64,000 bases of DNA from Candidatus Bathyarchaeia archaeon (lineage in GTDB: Archaea > Thermoproteota > Bathyarchaeia > 40CM-2-53-6). Both the position numbers and the translations under genes were made by a program. The notes under the pieces are model-generated. The model saw nothing but the letters and a program-made list of their open reading frames with translations. It made no database searches and was not told the DNA's origin. This document shows positions 49,122 to 58,941 of this stretch, piece after piece. The number at the start of each line of letters is the position of its first letter. Within the stretch, counting starts at the first letter, position 1. Location of the stretch: NCBI GenBank assembly GCA_049517415.1, contig JBEKSC010000009.1:21157-85156 (forward strand), in the 5' to 3' direction.

Positions 49122-49265
49122 AGTTGCGTATGCGCAACTAGGGACAGATAGACCTCCCAGTAGTTTAGCCGGTTAAACTCGACCTGCAGCTTTCACCCGG
49201 GTGAAGGTCGACTCGCAGTTTCCGCGCGGAAACCAGGGACTGCACGAGCCTTTCGCCGGCGAAAC
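49122..49265. repeat. cluster of five 14-18 bp palindromes
   Basis: AGTTGCGTATGCGCAACT, AGTTTAGCCGGTTAAACT, TTCACCCGGGTGAA, GTTTCCGCGCGGAAAC, TTTCGCCGGCGAAA. Confidence 0.8.
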
Positions 49266-49367
49266 ACAGGAGATCAGGGCTTAGCCTAGGGCATGGCTTC
49301 CCATAATCAAAGCTGTTTTATTGCTATTTGTAGCATTGCTGTTGGCTGTTATTCCAAGGCCTTGATC

Positions 49368-50237
49368 ATGCGCTACCTCCTGGCATATTTCCTTGTGCTA
49401 GTTGCATGTCTTGTTGCGAACGCCCCTCAGGTGAACGCGCAAACAACCTCCGTCATAGTTCTAACTGCTCCATCACAAGTACCCATAGGGTCGGATGGTA
49501 CAGCGAGCTTTGATGCCACAGCCAAGGTTACTTACACCGGGCTTCCCTACGCTGCAACCTCCCAGCAAACAGGCCCGTTCGACATGCTGTTAGTTGGCGC
49601 GGTTTACTACGGCACTGCCAATTCGCCAACCGGAAGTGCCTTCTCGACTCCCGACTCATGCCTCCCGAACCCACAGTCTGGGCTTAAACCAGGATACGCG
49701 AATTGCGCGATCTTCCTAGCATGCCCCTTTGTATCTCCACCATGTGCCTCCGAAACAAATACGGTTACTTTCCATGTTGAACTCCAGAACGCCGCACTAC
49801 AAATTTACCACTTTCAAATCATCGCTGGCGTTGTCGCGGTCAGCCCTAAGGCCATCACGCCCATAGAAAGTTCAACTAGTCGAGCAGACTTCTACGTCAC
49901 CGTAACGCCACAAGAATCCACGTCATCAACTGCAGCCACCTCAAGCGTGAATCTAACAAATCCGACCTTCACCTCCAACTCGCCCAGCTTTCCATCTCTT
50001 GAGGCGGTGGGTGCTGTGGGTCTCATAATCCTGGTCGCAGCGGGTCTACTTGCATATCGTCGAGTTCGCTCATCTCGGACTCTCCCGGAAAAGGCCGCGG
50101 CAGCCGAGTCGAGCCCGCCACAAGTTGCGAAAGGCGTGAATAAATCTGGCAACGCAGATATGTTCTGTTCCCAGTGTGGTGCCCGAATACCTTGCAACAG
50201 TAAGTTCTGCAAAGAATGCGGCACGAATCTTACTTGA
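49368..50237 (+). CDS. surface protein with signal peptide, TM helix and C-terminal zinc ribbon
   Basis: Signal peptide, TM, CSQCG..CKECG. Confidence 0.75.
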   Translation: MRYLLAYFLVLVACLVANAPQVNAQTTSVIVLTAPSQVPIGSDGTASFDATAKVTYTGLPYAATSQQTGPFDMLLVGAVYYGTANSPTGSAFSTPDSCLPNPQSGLKPGYANCAIFLACPFVSPPCASETNTVTFHVELQNAALQIYHFQIIAGVVAVSPKAITPIESSTSRADFYVTVTPQESTSSTAATSSVNLTNPTFTSNSPSFPSLEAVGAVGLIILVAAGLLAYRRVRSSRTLPEKAAAAESSPPQVAKGVNKSGNADMFCSQCGARIPCNSKFCKECGTNLT

Positions 50238-50780
50238 ACAAACCAGAGTAGGCCCGTCAAGTGGAGGCCGCGAAAAATGGGACTGTAGGACGATCCCCAA
50301 GTCCCTGATTACGGGACAGGGAGGCGGAAACGGAGAAACGGAACCAGGGAAGAGAAAGGGAAAAAAGCCTAGGCAAGAATTTTTTCTGTTCTATGCCTTC
50401 GGCTCCTAAGGCGTTGCTGATCGATTCTAATGTCTAGCACTCGTCACGCATAGCAAGGCGGATTTCGTCTGCGCAAGCGTCGTCTTCTAAGCAGGGCATT
50501 TGCAATTTCCCAAAGTCTATCTGCGACCGGGAGAAGCAATGCTAGAGCTGCCAGAAGATTGCACGCGTCAGACAAGCCGGACCGTTTCGCAACGGTCCAA
50601 GCAAGACGCCATCAGGTACAAACCTGTGACATACCTCCGGACCTGTATCTCAGACCCTGAAGCGAAGAAGTCATTCTGACGTCGCCCTTGCAGCAGGGTC
50701 TGCGGCAATAGGAATGCGCGTCGTCGAATAAGAATGTTAGTTAACTCTCAGCTTTAAGCTCTCACAAATCCAAATAATTT

Positions 50781-51161
50781 GTGTGGGATCCACTATCCAG
50801 CATATTTGGTTTAATTACCAGCCTTGTAGGTCAGCCGGCAACAGCTTCAGCCATTCCGTTCTTTGACCCGCTCTATAATCTGACTGTTCTTGTTTGGATG
50901 GGCGCAATAGCAGCCATAATTGTTTCACCTTTTTCGAAGAGGTTTAGAGGGTTCGCTGCTTTCCTGACATGGATCGCCCTGTTCCTGACTTTCGTTGGGA
51001 GAGGATCATCCTCGCAAGGTGAACAAATCTCAGTTCTTTCAACACTATTCAATATCTCCTCGTCTGTGGTCTTCCTAATTGTCTTCGTATTGCTGTCAGT
51101 CTGGATTTTTGGCCGACTACTGGGCAGAAAGAAGATCGTGCCAACTCCGGTGAGCAAGTGA
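50781..51161 (+). CDS. membrane protein (3-4 TM)
   Basis: Hydrophobic; GTGA overlap with the next gene. Confidence 0.7.
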   Translation: MWDPLSSIFGLITSLVGQPATASAIPFFDPLYNLTVLVWMGAIAAIIVSPFSKRFRGFAAFLTWIALFLTFVGRGSSSQGEQISVLSTLFNISSSVVFLIVFVLLSVWIFGRLLGRKKIVPTPVSK

Positions 51162-52507
51162 CTAGCCGTATCCTTCGCATACTAGCCAAGTCTGCGTTTG
51201 TTTTTGTCTTCGAAGTAGGAGCGCTAGTACTTTCCTATTATGCCTATCTTGCGTGGATTGGCGTATCGGTGACCGGTAGCGTATTTGGCGATTTACTTCT
51301 GCCTGTATCTTTGGTCATGCTGTTCGGACTCAATGTTACCGCAGTCTCAAGATGGCCATCAAAAGAAACTGACGAAACTGCTCTTTCTCCGGATACCTCA
51401 GCGACCACAGGAGGGACAAAGAAGGAACAGGCTCTGAAGTTTCTCAAAGTCTTGGGCAGTCTCAGCTCAAATCAGCTTGCAGCTCTACTTGAGATAGACG
51501 TACGTAATCTTTCGAAATTCATCAACCCCTTCATCCAAACCGGCATAATTGCGGCCAAGAAAGAGGGCAAGACCTACATCTACAGCCTCAAGAACCCGCA
51601 TAATCTTCTGCTTACACATAATCGTCATACTCCTCAGGAAGAAACTGAGTACGCAAGTCAAGTCACGCTACCAAAATCGAATGTGCAGCTACCGTCTGAG
51701 GGCAATGTGTTAGGCCGAGTTGCCCTTGACGATTGGAAGCTGGGAGACTTCGTCTATCTCCCGCTCAGAAAATATGCTCAAAAAGGTATCCTGGTCTCAG
51801 GCTCCAGCGGAAGCGGAAAAACAATAGCAGCCAAGGTTATCGTCGAAGAGCTTCTCCAAGAACGTATTCCTGTATTGATTTTTGATTACACGAAACAGTG
51901 GGAACGCCTCTTTCAGAGGAACAGCGATCAGGCCATGCTGGAGAAATACAGGTTCTTTGGGATGCGGAGCCCAAGAGCTTTCAAGGGCCATATCGTAACA
52001 GAGCTTCCAGAGATCTCCGAGACACTGCGTATTGGCGAAGGTACTGTCGTAGACCTCTCCTCAGTGTCAGAGACGGATGAACGAGTTGGGAAAGTGGCCA
52101 AGGCTCTGGACCAGATTCTAGAGCATTTTCAGGGTGAAGCAGATTCAGAGGATCTGAGGCTCTTCCTAGTAATTGAAGAGGCGCATCTATGGACCTCGAA
52201 AGATGTGCCAAAAGAAGCCTCGAACTTCCTGGACAGAGTGGTTAGGCTCCTTAGAAAGAAAGGAGTTGGAGTGATGCTTGTATCTCACAAGATTAGCGAT
52301 TTCGACTCGGCTATGCGTTCTTCAATGAACATTAGCATCCTGTTCAGAACCAAATATGAAGGCGACCTTGACAGTATCGGCCGAACCCTTGGTAGTGACT
52401 TTGCTAAGATTGTGCCTTCACTGCCCATCGGAAACTCAATTTTCCATTCAGCCGATCTTGGCACTCCCTTCGTGATGGCTTGGCGACCGCTTTACTCGCA
52501 ATCATAG
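51158..52507 (+). CDS. TM + HTH + HerA/VirD4-like ATPase
   Basis: Two N-terminal TM, HTH, GSSGSGKT, IEEAH, RKKG. Confidence 0.82.
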   Translation: MTSRILRILAKSAFVFVFEVGALVLSYYAYLAWIGVSVTGSVFGDLLLPVSLVMLFGLNVTAVSRWPSKETDETALSPDTSATTGGTKKEQALKFLKVLGSLSSNQLAALLEIDVRNLSKFINPFIQTGIIAAKKEGKTYIYSLKNPHNLLLTHNRHTPQEETEYASQVTLPKSNVQLPSEGNVLGRVALDDWKLGDFVYLPLRKYAQKGILVSGSSGSGKTIAAKVIVEELLQERIPVLIFDYTKQWERLFQRNSDQAMLEKYRFFGMRSPRAFKGHIVTELPEISETLRIGEGTVVDLSSVSETDERVGKVAKALDQILEHFQGEADSEDLRLFLVIEEAHLWTSKDVPKEASNFLDRVVRLLRKKGVGVMLVSHKISDFDSAMRSSMNISILFRTKYEGDLDSIGRTLGSDFAKIVPSLPIGNSIFHSADLGTPFVMAWRPLYSQS

Positions 52508-52724
52508 TCAGAAAGGTCAGCAGATTTATCCAATGCGTTATGCCTTCCCGATAATTAGGACACACCCACAGTCAGGGTTCATACGTCAGGGGCAGTCGGG
52601 CCTAGCAGTGGGACTTGGACTGCAAGGAGTCCAGAATTCACGGGCAGGTCGCCCCCCCACCCCCCGCGCGGCCGGACTACAATGACCTTCACTATTAATA
52701 ACTCCCAACTGGAAACGATCCCCC

Positions 52725-52877
52725 ATGAGCGAGGAAGAAAAGAAAGAGGTCAAAATCAAGGAGTACTTCCAAGTTTTCCAAGGCGAAAGGCGCGACCTCG
52801 CAACAACGGTTAGCGCAGCTCCTCCGCCTGTCCCTCAGCCTGAGTCCATCAAGAAGGAAGCAAAGAAGCAGCAGTAG
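52725..52877 (+). CDS. small Pro-rich peptide (50 aa)
   Basis: MSEEEKKEVKIKEYFQVFQGERRDLATTVSAAPPPVPQP; TATTAATA box upstream; ends 8 nt before the next gene. Confidence 0.5.
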   Translation: MSEEEKKEVKIKEYFQVFQGERRDLATTVSAAPPPVPQPESIKKEAKKQQ

Positions 52878-52885
52878 CGAAGATC

Positions 52886-53464
52886 ATGGCCTTCGACATC
52901 CTTTCGATAGCGGACGCTCTTGTCGTGGTCATCCTGCTCGTCCCGGGCTTCGTTGCTGCCAAGCTATTTGCGCGGATAACCGCCCTTGACAGAAAGCTCT
53001 CGGACTTCGAAATGACCGTGCTCAGCTTCGCGCTCAGCCTCGTTACGTACGTCCCGTTCTCGTACTTGACCTCGGTCGACAGCCTCGACAAGGTCAGGCA
53101 AGCCGCGCTGATGCCTCAGACCATCATACTGCTCCTCTCACTCTCCGTTGCGATCGGACTCTTCCCCGGACTGGTCGTGAAAAGACTGTACAGACGCGGA
53201 TATCATCCAGGAACCGTGTGGGATTCAGTCGTGCGCAGCATCAACCCGAAGGAACCAGTCTTCGTTCTGGTACACACGGCGCTGGGACAGGAAATAATGG
53301 ACCAACTGGACTCCGTCGGGACTGGCGACACCGCCAAGGAGTTGCGCCTGCTCCAGCCCAAAATGATCATTCGCGGCAAAAACTACGAAGCCAGAAAGCA
53401 GCTGCGGCTCGGCAAGCAAATGTTCATCGCAGAGAAGGACATCCAAAGCATAGCCTTCCTCTAG
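52886..53464 (+). CDS. DUF6338-like membrane protein
   Basis: LLVPGF, three TM, TVWD, Sm-like beta C-terminus. Confidence 0.65.
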   Translation: MAFDILSIADALVVVILLVPGFVAAKLFARITALDRKLSDFEMTVLSFALSLVTYVPFSYLTSVDSLDKVRQAALMPQTIILLLSLSVAIGLFPGLVVKRLYRRGYHPGTVWDSVVRSINPKEPVFVLVHTALGQEIMDQLDSVGTGDTAKELRLLQPKMIIRGKNYEARKQLRLGKQMFIAEKDIQSIAFL

Positions 53465-53479
53465 CTGTCTCTCTCCATG

Positions 53480-53510
53480 AGTCTGCAAAATTTGCAGACT
53501 TTGCAGACTC
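53480..53510. terminator. hairpin between convergent genes
   Basis: AGTCTGCAAA-A-TTTGCAGACT with a duplicated right arm. Confidence 0.4.
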
Positions 53511-53680
53511 GTCGATTCTTGGACGGTACCGGACGATTGGAGGATCAAGATGACATAGCGCGACTAGCGCTTGACCTTAAGGGATGGATCAAGCAGATTT
53601 CGCGCTGGACTAAGAAGAGCAGCATATGAATTCTCTAGTTCTATCGAGCATTATTATGCCTGAAATTGGGAGCATCTTAA

Positions 53681-54073
53681 CTAATCTGGAATCGCTTCTA
53701 GTTCTCCTTTCAGTTGGCGTCCGTATTTCATTAGTAAGTTCTGTCCCGTCTCGTAGCTTGGATAAATGGCTTCCAAGATTTTCCAGAATCTCTTGGTGTG
53801 GCTTTTCGTGAGCGTGTGGGCGATTTCATGAGCGATTATGTATCTCAAGGCGCTCTTCGGTAGACGTCTTGCATTCACCTGCACCAGTATCTTGTTTCCT
53901 TTCAGCTTGGCTATTCTGTGTTTCTTGCCATCTATGCTTTTCACGACTTCGAAATCAAGCATCCCGAAAACTTCGACCCTCCTTTCTCTTCTAATCTGCT
54001 CGTAGATGCTGGAGAGTCTCGAATAGAACGCCTCTACTTGACTGTCATCGGTGGCTTGGATTGTCCTGCTCAT
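53681..54073 (-). CDS. M48/YgjP-like metal-dependent hydrolase
   Basis: YIIAHEIAH...H..RFW; typical position after hsdR. Confidence 0.85.
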   Translation of the reverse strand: MSRTIQATDDSQVEAFYSRLSSIYEQIRRERRVEVFGMLDFEVVKSIDGKKHRIAKLKGNKILVQVNARRLPKSALRYIIAHEIAHTLTKSHTKRFWKILEAIYPSYETGQNLLMKYGRQLKGELEAIPD

Positions 54074-57000
54074 TGCATTTCCTCCATCGCTCCGAATAGT
54101 TGCTCGGTGAGTTCGTCTACCTTGTCGCGGTGTTCCTTGTAGTCGGACAGGAGGAGGAACCTTGTCTCGGATTTCACTTTCCTGCGCACATCTCTCTGCA
54201 GTTGCCAGCCTTCGAAGAGCAAACCCAGTTTTTGCAGGTGCTCCGTGAGATGGTTGATGAATGAGACTGCCTTCTGTTTTTCGATGTCAGGCAGTACTGT
54301 CTTCATGGCCTCGTAGAGTGGATATTTGTCCTTCCCTATCTCGTTCTCTTCTCTCCTCCACTCGGCGATTTTCTCGGAGAAATCAATCGCCTTGTGTACG
54401 GCCTCCTCTATGTCGATCTTTCTCGTCCTGAGCTCCTCGTAAGTCGTCTCGATCTCTCTGCTCAGGTTGAGGAAGAAGGGCGAACTCGAATGGATGCTTG
54501 CCTCGTGCCTGATGTTAGCAATAACGTCGATTGCAGCGCCCACGGTTTTGGGCTTCGATTTCTTGAGCGCCTCCACGTATTGCGCGTCGATGCTTAGAGT
54601 TGGGTATGCATCTTCGATTTCTCTTACGTCAATAGTCTGCTGTATGAGCTGATATGTCTTCTTCGATAATTCCTGTATCTTGAGCTCATCTACGTCCTTC
54701 TTCTTGAAGCGCTTGTTATAGGCTACGAGCATCTTGGTGAGCCAAGTGTAGTCCGACAGGTATGGGGCTAGAAACGCCTCGCCTCTGAGCATTTCATAGG
54801 ATTTCATTAGCGACCGCATGACCGCTTCAAATTGCTTGGCTGTCTCCGGATTGACCAGGATGCTCATGGCACTCTCTAAGCTTTCGCGGGTGTCCTCTTT
54901 CTTGACCGATTCGAAAATTCCCAGCGCCTTCTGAAGGAGACTCTTGAATTCTTCCTTTTCCTTGTCGAGCTGCCTTATGACAACACGCAGGTCTTTCGCG
55001 TCGCTTGCCTCGAACTTCTGAACCGCTTTCTGAAGTTCGGACAGGACGCCGATATAATCTACAATCAAACCGAATTTCTTGTTCAAGAACGGTCTGTTCG
55101 TTCTTGCTATGGCTTGGAGGACTCTGTGCTCCTTCAGCGGCTTGTCAAGGTACATGGTCCAGAGGACAGGGGCATCAAAACCGGTTATGAGCATGTCAGT
55201 GACGATGAGGATTTTTGGCTGTTTGCCCGTTTTGAAGCCCTCAATAATCTTGTCGTGAATATCCTTCACGTCTTTGGTGCCGTACTTCTTACAGAGTCTG
55301 TCATAGTATGCTCTGATGTCTTCCTTGTCGTCAGGAGTGAATGTCATCACTATCTCGGAGGCATCCGGCGGAAGGATCTTGTCTAGAGCGGTCTTGTATT
55401 GGACGCATGCATCCCTATCGATGGTGACAACCATGGCCTTGAGATCCGTGGGTTCGACGACGTCTTTGAAATGCCGGGCTATGTCAGCGGTGATTGCACT
55501 CACCCGGTCCGGCTTCTTTACAAAGGCAGTGATTACCCTGATTTTCTTTCTGAGTTCCTTCTGCTCTGCTTTGGACAGAGTCTTGATTTCTTCCTCCTCG
55601 AACTTGACAAACTGCTTGTACTGCCTTTCATTCAGGTGATACTCAGGGAGCTTTGGCTGATAGGAAAGCTCGACAGTGAAACCGTCCTTGAGAGCGTCGA
55701 GCATTGAGTACCTGTCGAGGTAGAGCTCTCCTCTAGGGCAGAATTTCGAGAAGGTGTTGCGCTCTACCTTCGAGAGAGGCGTTCCGGTGAAGCCGAAGAT
55801 GAACGCCTTCTTGAAAATGTGCCTCATCAGCGTCGAGAACTTGCCGTACTGTGTCCTGTGCACTTCGTCGGCGAGGACTATTACATTCTCTCGCTTGATT
55901 TCTATCTCGCCGCTCTCTTTCGCAAGCTCCTTGAATTCCTTGGGACTGAATTTCTCTATCGTTACGAGGAATACTCCTCTCTTCCCTTCCTTGCCATGCT
56001 TCAAAACTTCGACGAGTTCCCTAATGGAATGGATTCTCTCCAACGGCACCTCGATGAAGCCGAAATCCTTCTCGATCTGCTCCTCCAGGTCTTTCCTGTC
56101 GACAAGCACAAAGATGCTCGGCCTTTCTGTTGCGGAGGAAAAGTAGAGTTTCCAGGCAGAGAACGCCATGGTGTAAGTCTTGCCAGAACCCTGCCAGTGC
56201 CATATCAGACCGAACTTGTTGTTTTCCTTGCCTTTCAGAGTTCGGATTACTCTCTGGCAGATTTTCTCAGTTGCCCTGAACTGCATATAGCGGGTCATTA
56301 TCTTGGTGGACTTGTCCGTCTCCTTCCTGATGAAAGTGAAATTCTCTATGAGGTCAAGGAGGTTCGACTTCGAGAGAAGGCCGTACACGTTGATTTTCAA
56401 CATGTCATCTTTGAACTCTGACGCTTTGAACGGGTGCGGGTCCTTCCATTCGCTGATGAAATCCTTGTTCTCCTCGTTGAAGCCGTTTGGGAAATATTTC
56501 GTCTTCATGCCATCGGTTGCAATCGAATACTGGACGTACTTGAAGAGTTCAGGTGCGTCTCGCTCGTACCTCTTTATCTTCGTGTAACCGGTTGTCCAAT
56601 CGACATTCTCTTGAGTGGGGCTCTTGCATTCGATGCAGACCAGAGAGATGCCGTTAACCAGAAGGATGATATCTGCTCTGATGTTCGCCTTCGAGCCTTC
56701 GAGCTTGAATTGATTCGTCACAACGAACTCGTTATTGTCAATGCTAGCTAGGTCGAAAAGTCTGACGACTTTCTCCTTGTTCTCCCTCTGTATCGGGACG
56801 ACGATGCCGTTTCGGAAAATGTCAAGAAATCTCCTGATTCCTTCGAGGTTCGATGGTATCGTCCTAAGGGAGACAGCGACAAAATCAAAGTCGGCATCGG
56901 TGAAATCGATATCCGGATTTAGCTTTCTAATGGAATTCCTAAGGTCCTCTAGAACGAGCGGTTCATCAAGCCTGCCCTTCCGCTTTGCCTCCATTTCCTT

Positions 57001-57081
57001 CTGAGTCTGGAACTTCCATCCGAGTTTCTGAAGCTCTTGGATGATGAAATCCTCAACTGTGCCCTTTTCGCTGTAAGTCAT
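54070..57081 (-). CDS. hsdR: type I restriction enzyme R subunit
   Basis: RADIILLVNG..IECK, HWQGSGKT, DEVHR, FTGTP, TGFD, QAIARTNR. Confidence 0.97.
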   Translation of the reverse strand: MTYSEKGTVEDFIIQELQKLGWKFQTQKEMEAKRKGRLDEPLVLEDLRNSIRKLNPDIDFTDADFDFVAVSLRTIPSNLEGIRRFLDIFRNGIVVPIQRENKEKVVRLFDLASIDNNEFVVTNQFKLEGSKANIRADIILLVNGISLVCIECKSPTQENVDWTTGYTKIKRYERDAPELFKYVQYSIATDGMKTKYFPNGFNEENKDFISEWKDPHPFKASEFKDDMLKINVYGLLSKSNLLDLIENFTFIRKETDKSTKIMTRYMQFRATEKICQRVIRTLKGKENNKFGLIWHWQGSGKTYTMAFSAWKLYFSSATERPSIFVLVDRKDLEEQIEKDFGFIEVPLERIHSIRELVEVLKHGKEGKRGVFLVTIEKFSPKEFKELAKESGEIEIKRENVIVLADEVHRTQYGKFSTLMRHIFKKAFIFGFTGTPLSKVERNTFSKFCPRGELYLDRYSMLDALKDGFTVELSYQPKLPEYHLNERQYKQFVKFEEEEIKTLSKAEQKELRKKIRVITAFVKKPDRVSAITADIARHFKDVVEPTDLKAMVVTIDRDACVQYKTALDKILPPDASEIVMTFTPDDKEDIRAYYDRLCKKYGTKDVKDIHDKIIEGFKTGKQPKILIVTDMLITGFDAPVLWTMYLDKPLKEHRVLQAIARTNRPFLNKKFGLIVDYIGVLSELQKAVQKFEASDAKDLRVVIRQLDKEKEEFKSLLQKALGIFESVKKEDTRESLESAMSILVNPETAKQFEAVMRSLMKSYEMLRGEAFLAPYLSDYTWLTKMLVAYNKRFKKKDVDELKIQELSKKTYQLIQQTIDVREIEDAYPTLSIDAQYVEALKKSKPKTVGAAIDVIANIRHEASIHSSSPFFLNLSREIETTYEELRTRKIDIEEAVHKAIDFSEKIAEWRREENEIGKDKYPLYEAMKTVLPDIEKQKAVSFINHLTEHLQKLGLLFEGWQLQRDVRRKVKSETRFLLLSDYKEHRDKVDELTEQLFGAMEEMQ

Positions 57082-58383
57082 TCAATCTACCTTGATTCTG
57101 ATTTTCCCTGCAAGAAGTAAATTCATTAGTCCCTGCTTGGCCTTTTCCACCTTCGCCTTTTCTTTTCTTTCAAGGTCTAGTTTCCTTTCAACTGATTCAA
57201 GAATTTCGGTAATTCTCTTCTGTTCTTCGAACGGCGGGAGTGCGACTGCAATAGAACGCACGAGCGACAGGTTTAGATTTAGTTGGTTGGCGCCTTGCCC
57301 GAGATTCCTGATCTTTTCGTAATTGAACTGACACCAATTATACAAAAATGGGATATGGGTTTCGTCCACATCTTTGGGGAGTATCGCCGCACAAGCTTGG
57401 TTTATTGCAGCCTCTATACCCAAAATAGCGCATCTTCCGCGAGTGACTCCCTGGCCATACATAGCAATTACTAAAGTGCCAACGGGGTAAACCTTCGCAT
57501 TCGAATTCCGCAAACCAAGCGATGAAATGCTTTCCTCACTCCTTGTTATCATACCATAGTCTATTTCCGTAGACTTGACCCACGGCATGTCGCCATCAAA
57601 ATACTCGGGATGTTTCCTACTAGGAGTCCCACCTGTACCAACTGAGCAATAATCACTGATTCTGCCAATTTTCCATTTCATCGGAATCTCAGTTCCGAGT
57701 TCTTCACTGTACTTGAACTCCTTGTGGCCTATTCCTCTGGTCAGAAGCTTCTGCAACAGGCCTTTTCTGAGGCGTTCAATATTCGAGATGATTTGGTTGG
57801 TTTTCCGAATTGCTTCGTCAGTATGTGAAAGTATTTCGCCAATCTTCTTCTGTTCCACTTTGCTCGGTAGACAAATAGCCAGATTCCTGACAGTGCCTCG
57901 TGAAACTTCTTTGTATGTGCTTCCTGCGCCTAGACTCTCAAGTTTTGTCCTGAGGGACCTCACTAGGTGAAGAAGCCAGACATTGTGAACTCTATCTTTG
58001 CAGATTAGGTTTACAAAGCCTTGATTCGTGGCCACCGGCACCTCGCTAATGACAGCGTATCCTATCGTTGCCCTGCTGGTAACCAGTACCGAGCCAACGG
58101 GCAATAGATGAGTCGAACTATTCTTGAGGCCTTGATCAGTGATATGGCTCTTCGTATTGTTGAGGAAATTTACATTCTGATCTTCCAGCCCAGTCACATC
58201 AGTGGGCGTGGCAAATGGTATATCTCCGTTCCAGTATTCCTTAATGCTGGTCGACGGAGTTCCTCCGCCTAAAACCTCGCATACATCCTCAAGTCTGACA
58301 ACATCCCAGTTGCTCGGGATAGGTCCGATTGCCGATTGCTTGAAGTCAGATTCTTTGTAGAACTGCCCAGTATCCATAATCAC
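57082..58383 (-). CDS. hsdS: type I R-M specificity subunit
   Basis: Two TRDs (GGTPS) with conserved LP...EQ..I..IL helices. Confidence 0.95.
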   Translation of the reverse strand: MIMDTGQFYKESDFKQSAIGPIPSNWDVVRLEDVCEVLGGGTPSTSIKEYWNGDIPFATPTDVTGLEDQNVNFLNNTKSHITDQGLKNSSTHLLPVGSVLVTSRATIGYAVISEVPVATNQGFVNLICKDRVHNVWLLHLVRSLRTKLESLGAGSTYKEVSRGTVRNLAICLPSKVEQKKIGEILSHTDEAIRKTNQIISNIERLRKGLLQKLLTRGIGHKEFKYSEELGTEIPMKWKIGRISDYCSVGTGGTPSRKHPEYFDGDMPWVKSTEIDYGMITRSEESISSLGLRNSNAKVYPVGTLVIAMYGQGVTRGRCAILGIEAAINQACAAILPKDVDETHIPFLYNWCQFNYEKIRNLGQGANQLNLNLSLVRSIAVALPPFEEQKRITEILESVERKLDLERKEKAKVEKAKQGLMNLLLAGKIRIKVD

Positions 58384-58940
58384 ACCGCCTCCAGAACATC
58401 CCTTATGAAGGCGTTACGTGACTGTTCATTTTGAATGTCGTAACTGTACAATATGTCACTGATTTTCTTAATCAAGGTAGAATCATCGGACAGGAAATAG
58501 GTGGCGTTGTTCGTCAGCGCAGCTGCAACAATAAGGGCGTCTTGTGACTCTAGCTGATTTCTGAAAATCAGTTCGTAGAGTCGGTCACATTCTTCGACTT
58601 CAGGAGGAACTGAGTATAGCGCCACTCCGTTTTTGTAAGCAAAAGCTTGGATTTTCTCCTTCACGTTGTTATCCTTTGTAACATCAGCAAATAATTCCCA
58701 GTTTTTTCTTTTCTTCCGAATCTCATCGAAAGCGAACTTCTGACCAAGACCCCACTTGCCAAAGTGTAGATCAAACTCGTTGTAAATGGACTCTGCAATA
58801 TTCAAGACCGAGGTCGCTAAGACAACTCTGCCATTCTTGTGCAGGTCGATAAGGCGCTCTACTATCGCTTTTACTTCTTTGTCTCTGCCCTCCAAATAGT
58901 CTAATATCACGTTGGTATCAAGAAAGACCACTTGGACCAT
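58380..58940 (-). CDS. PIN domain protein within the hsd operon
   Basis: VFLDTNV...E...DALIVA...FLSDD. Confidence 0.85.
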   Translation of the reverse strand: MVQVVFLDTNVILDYLEGRDKEVKAIVERLIDLHKNGRVVLATSVLNIAESIYNEFDLHFGKWGLGQKFAFDEIRKKRKNWELFADVTKDNNVKEKIQAFAYKNGVALYSVPPEVEECDRLYELIFRNQLESQDALIVAAALTNNATYFLSDDSTLIKKISDILYSYDIQNEQSRNAFIRDVLEAV

Positions 58941-58941
58941 G

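Noticed and set aside
49122..49265. CRISPR array or tRNA
   Set aside because: The units differ in sequence, spacers are short and irregular, and there is no cloverleaf
54394..57004. Many long plus-strand ORFs opposite hsdR
   Set aside because: Antisense shadows caused by codon bias
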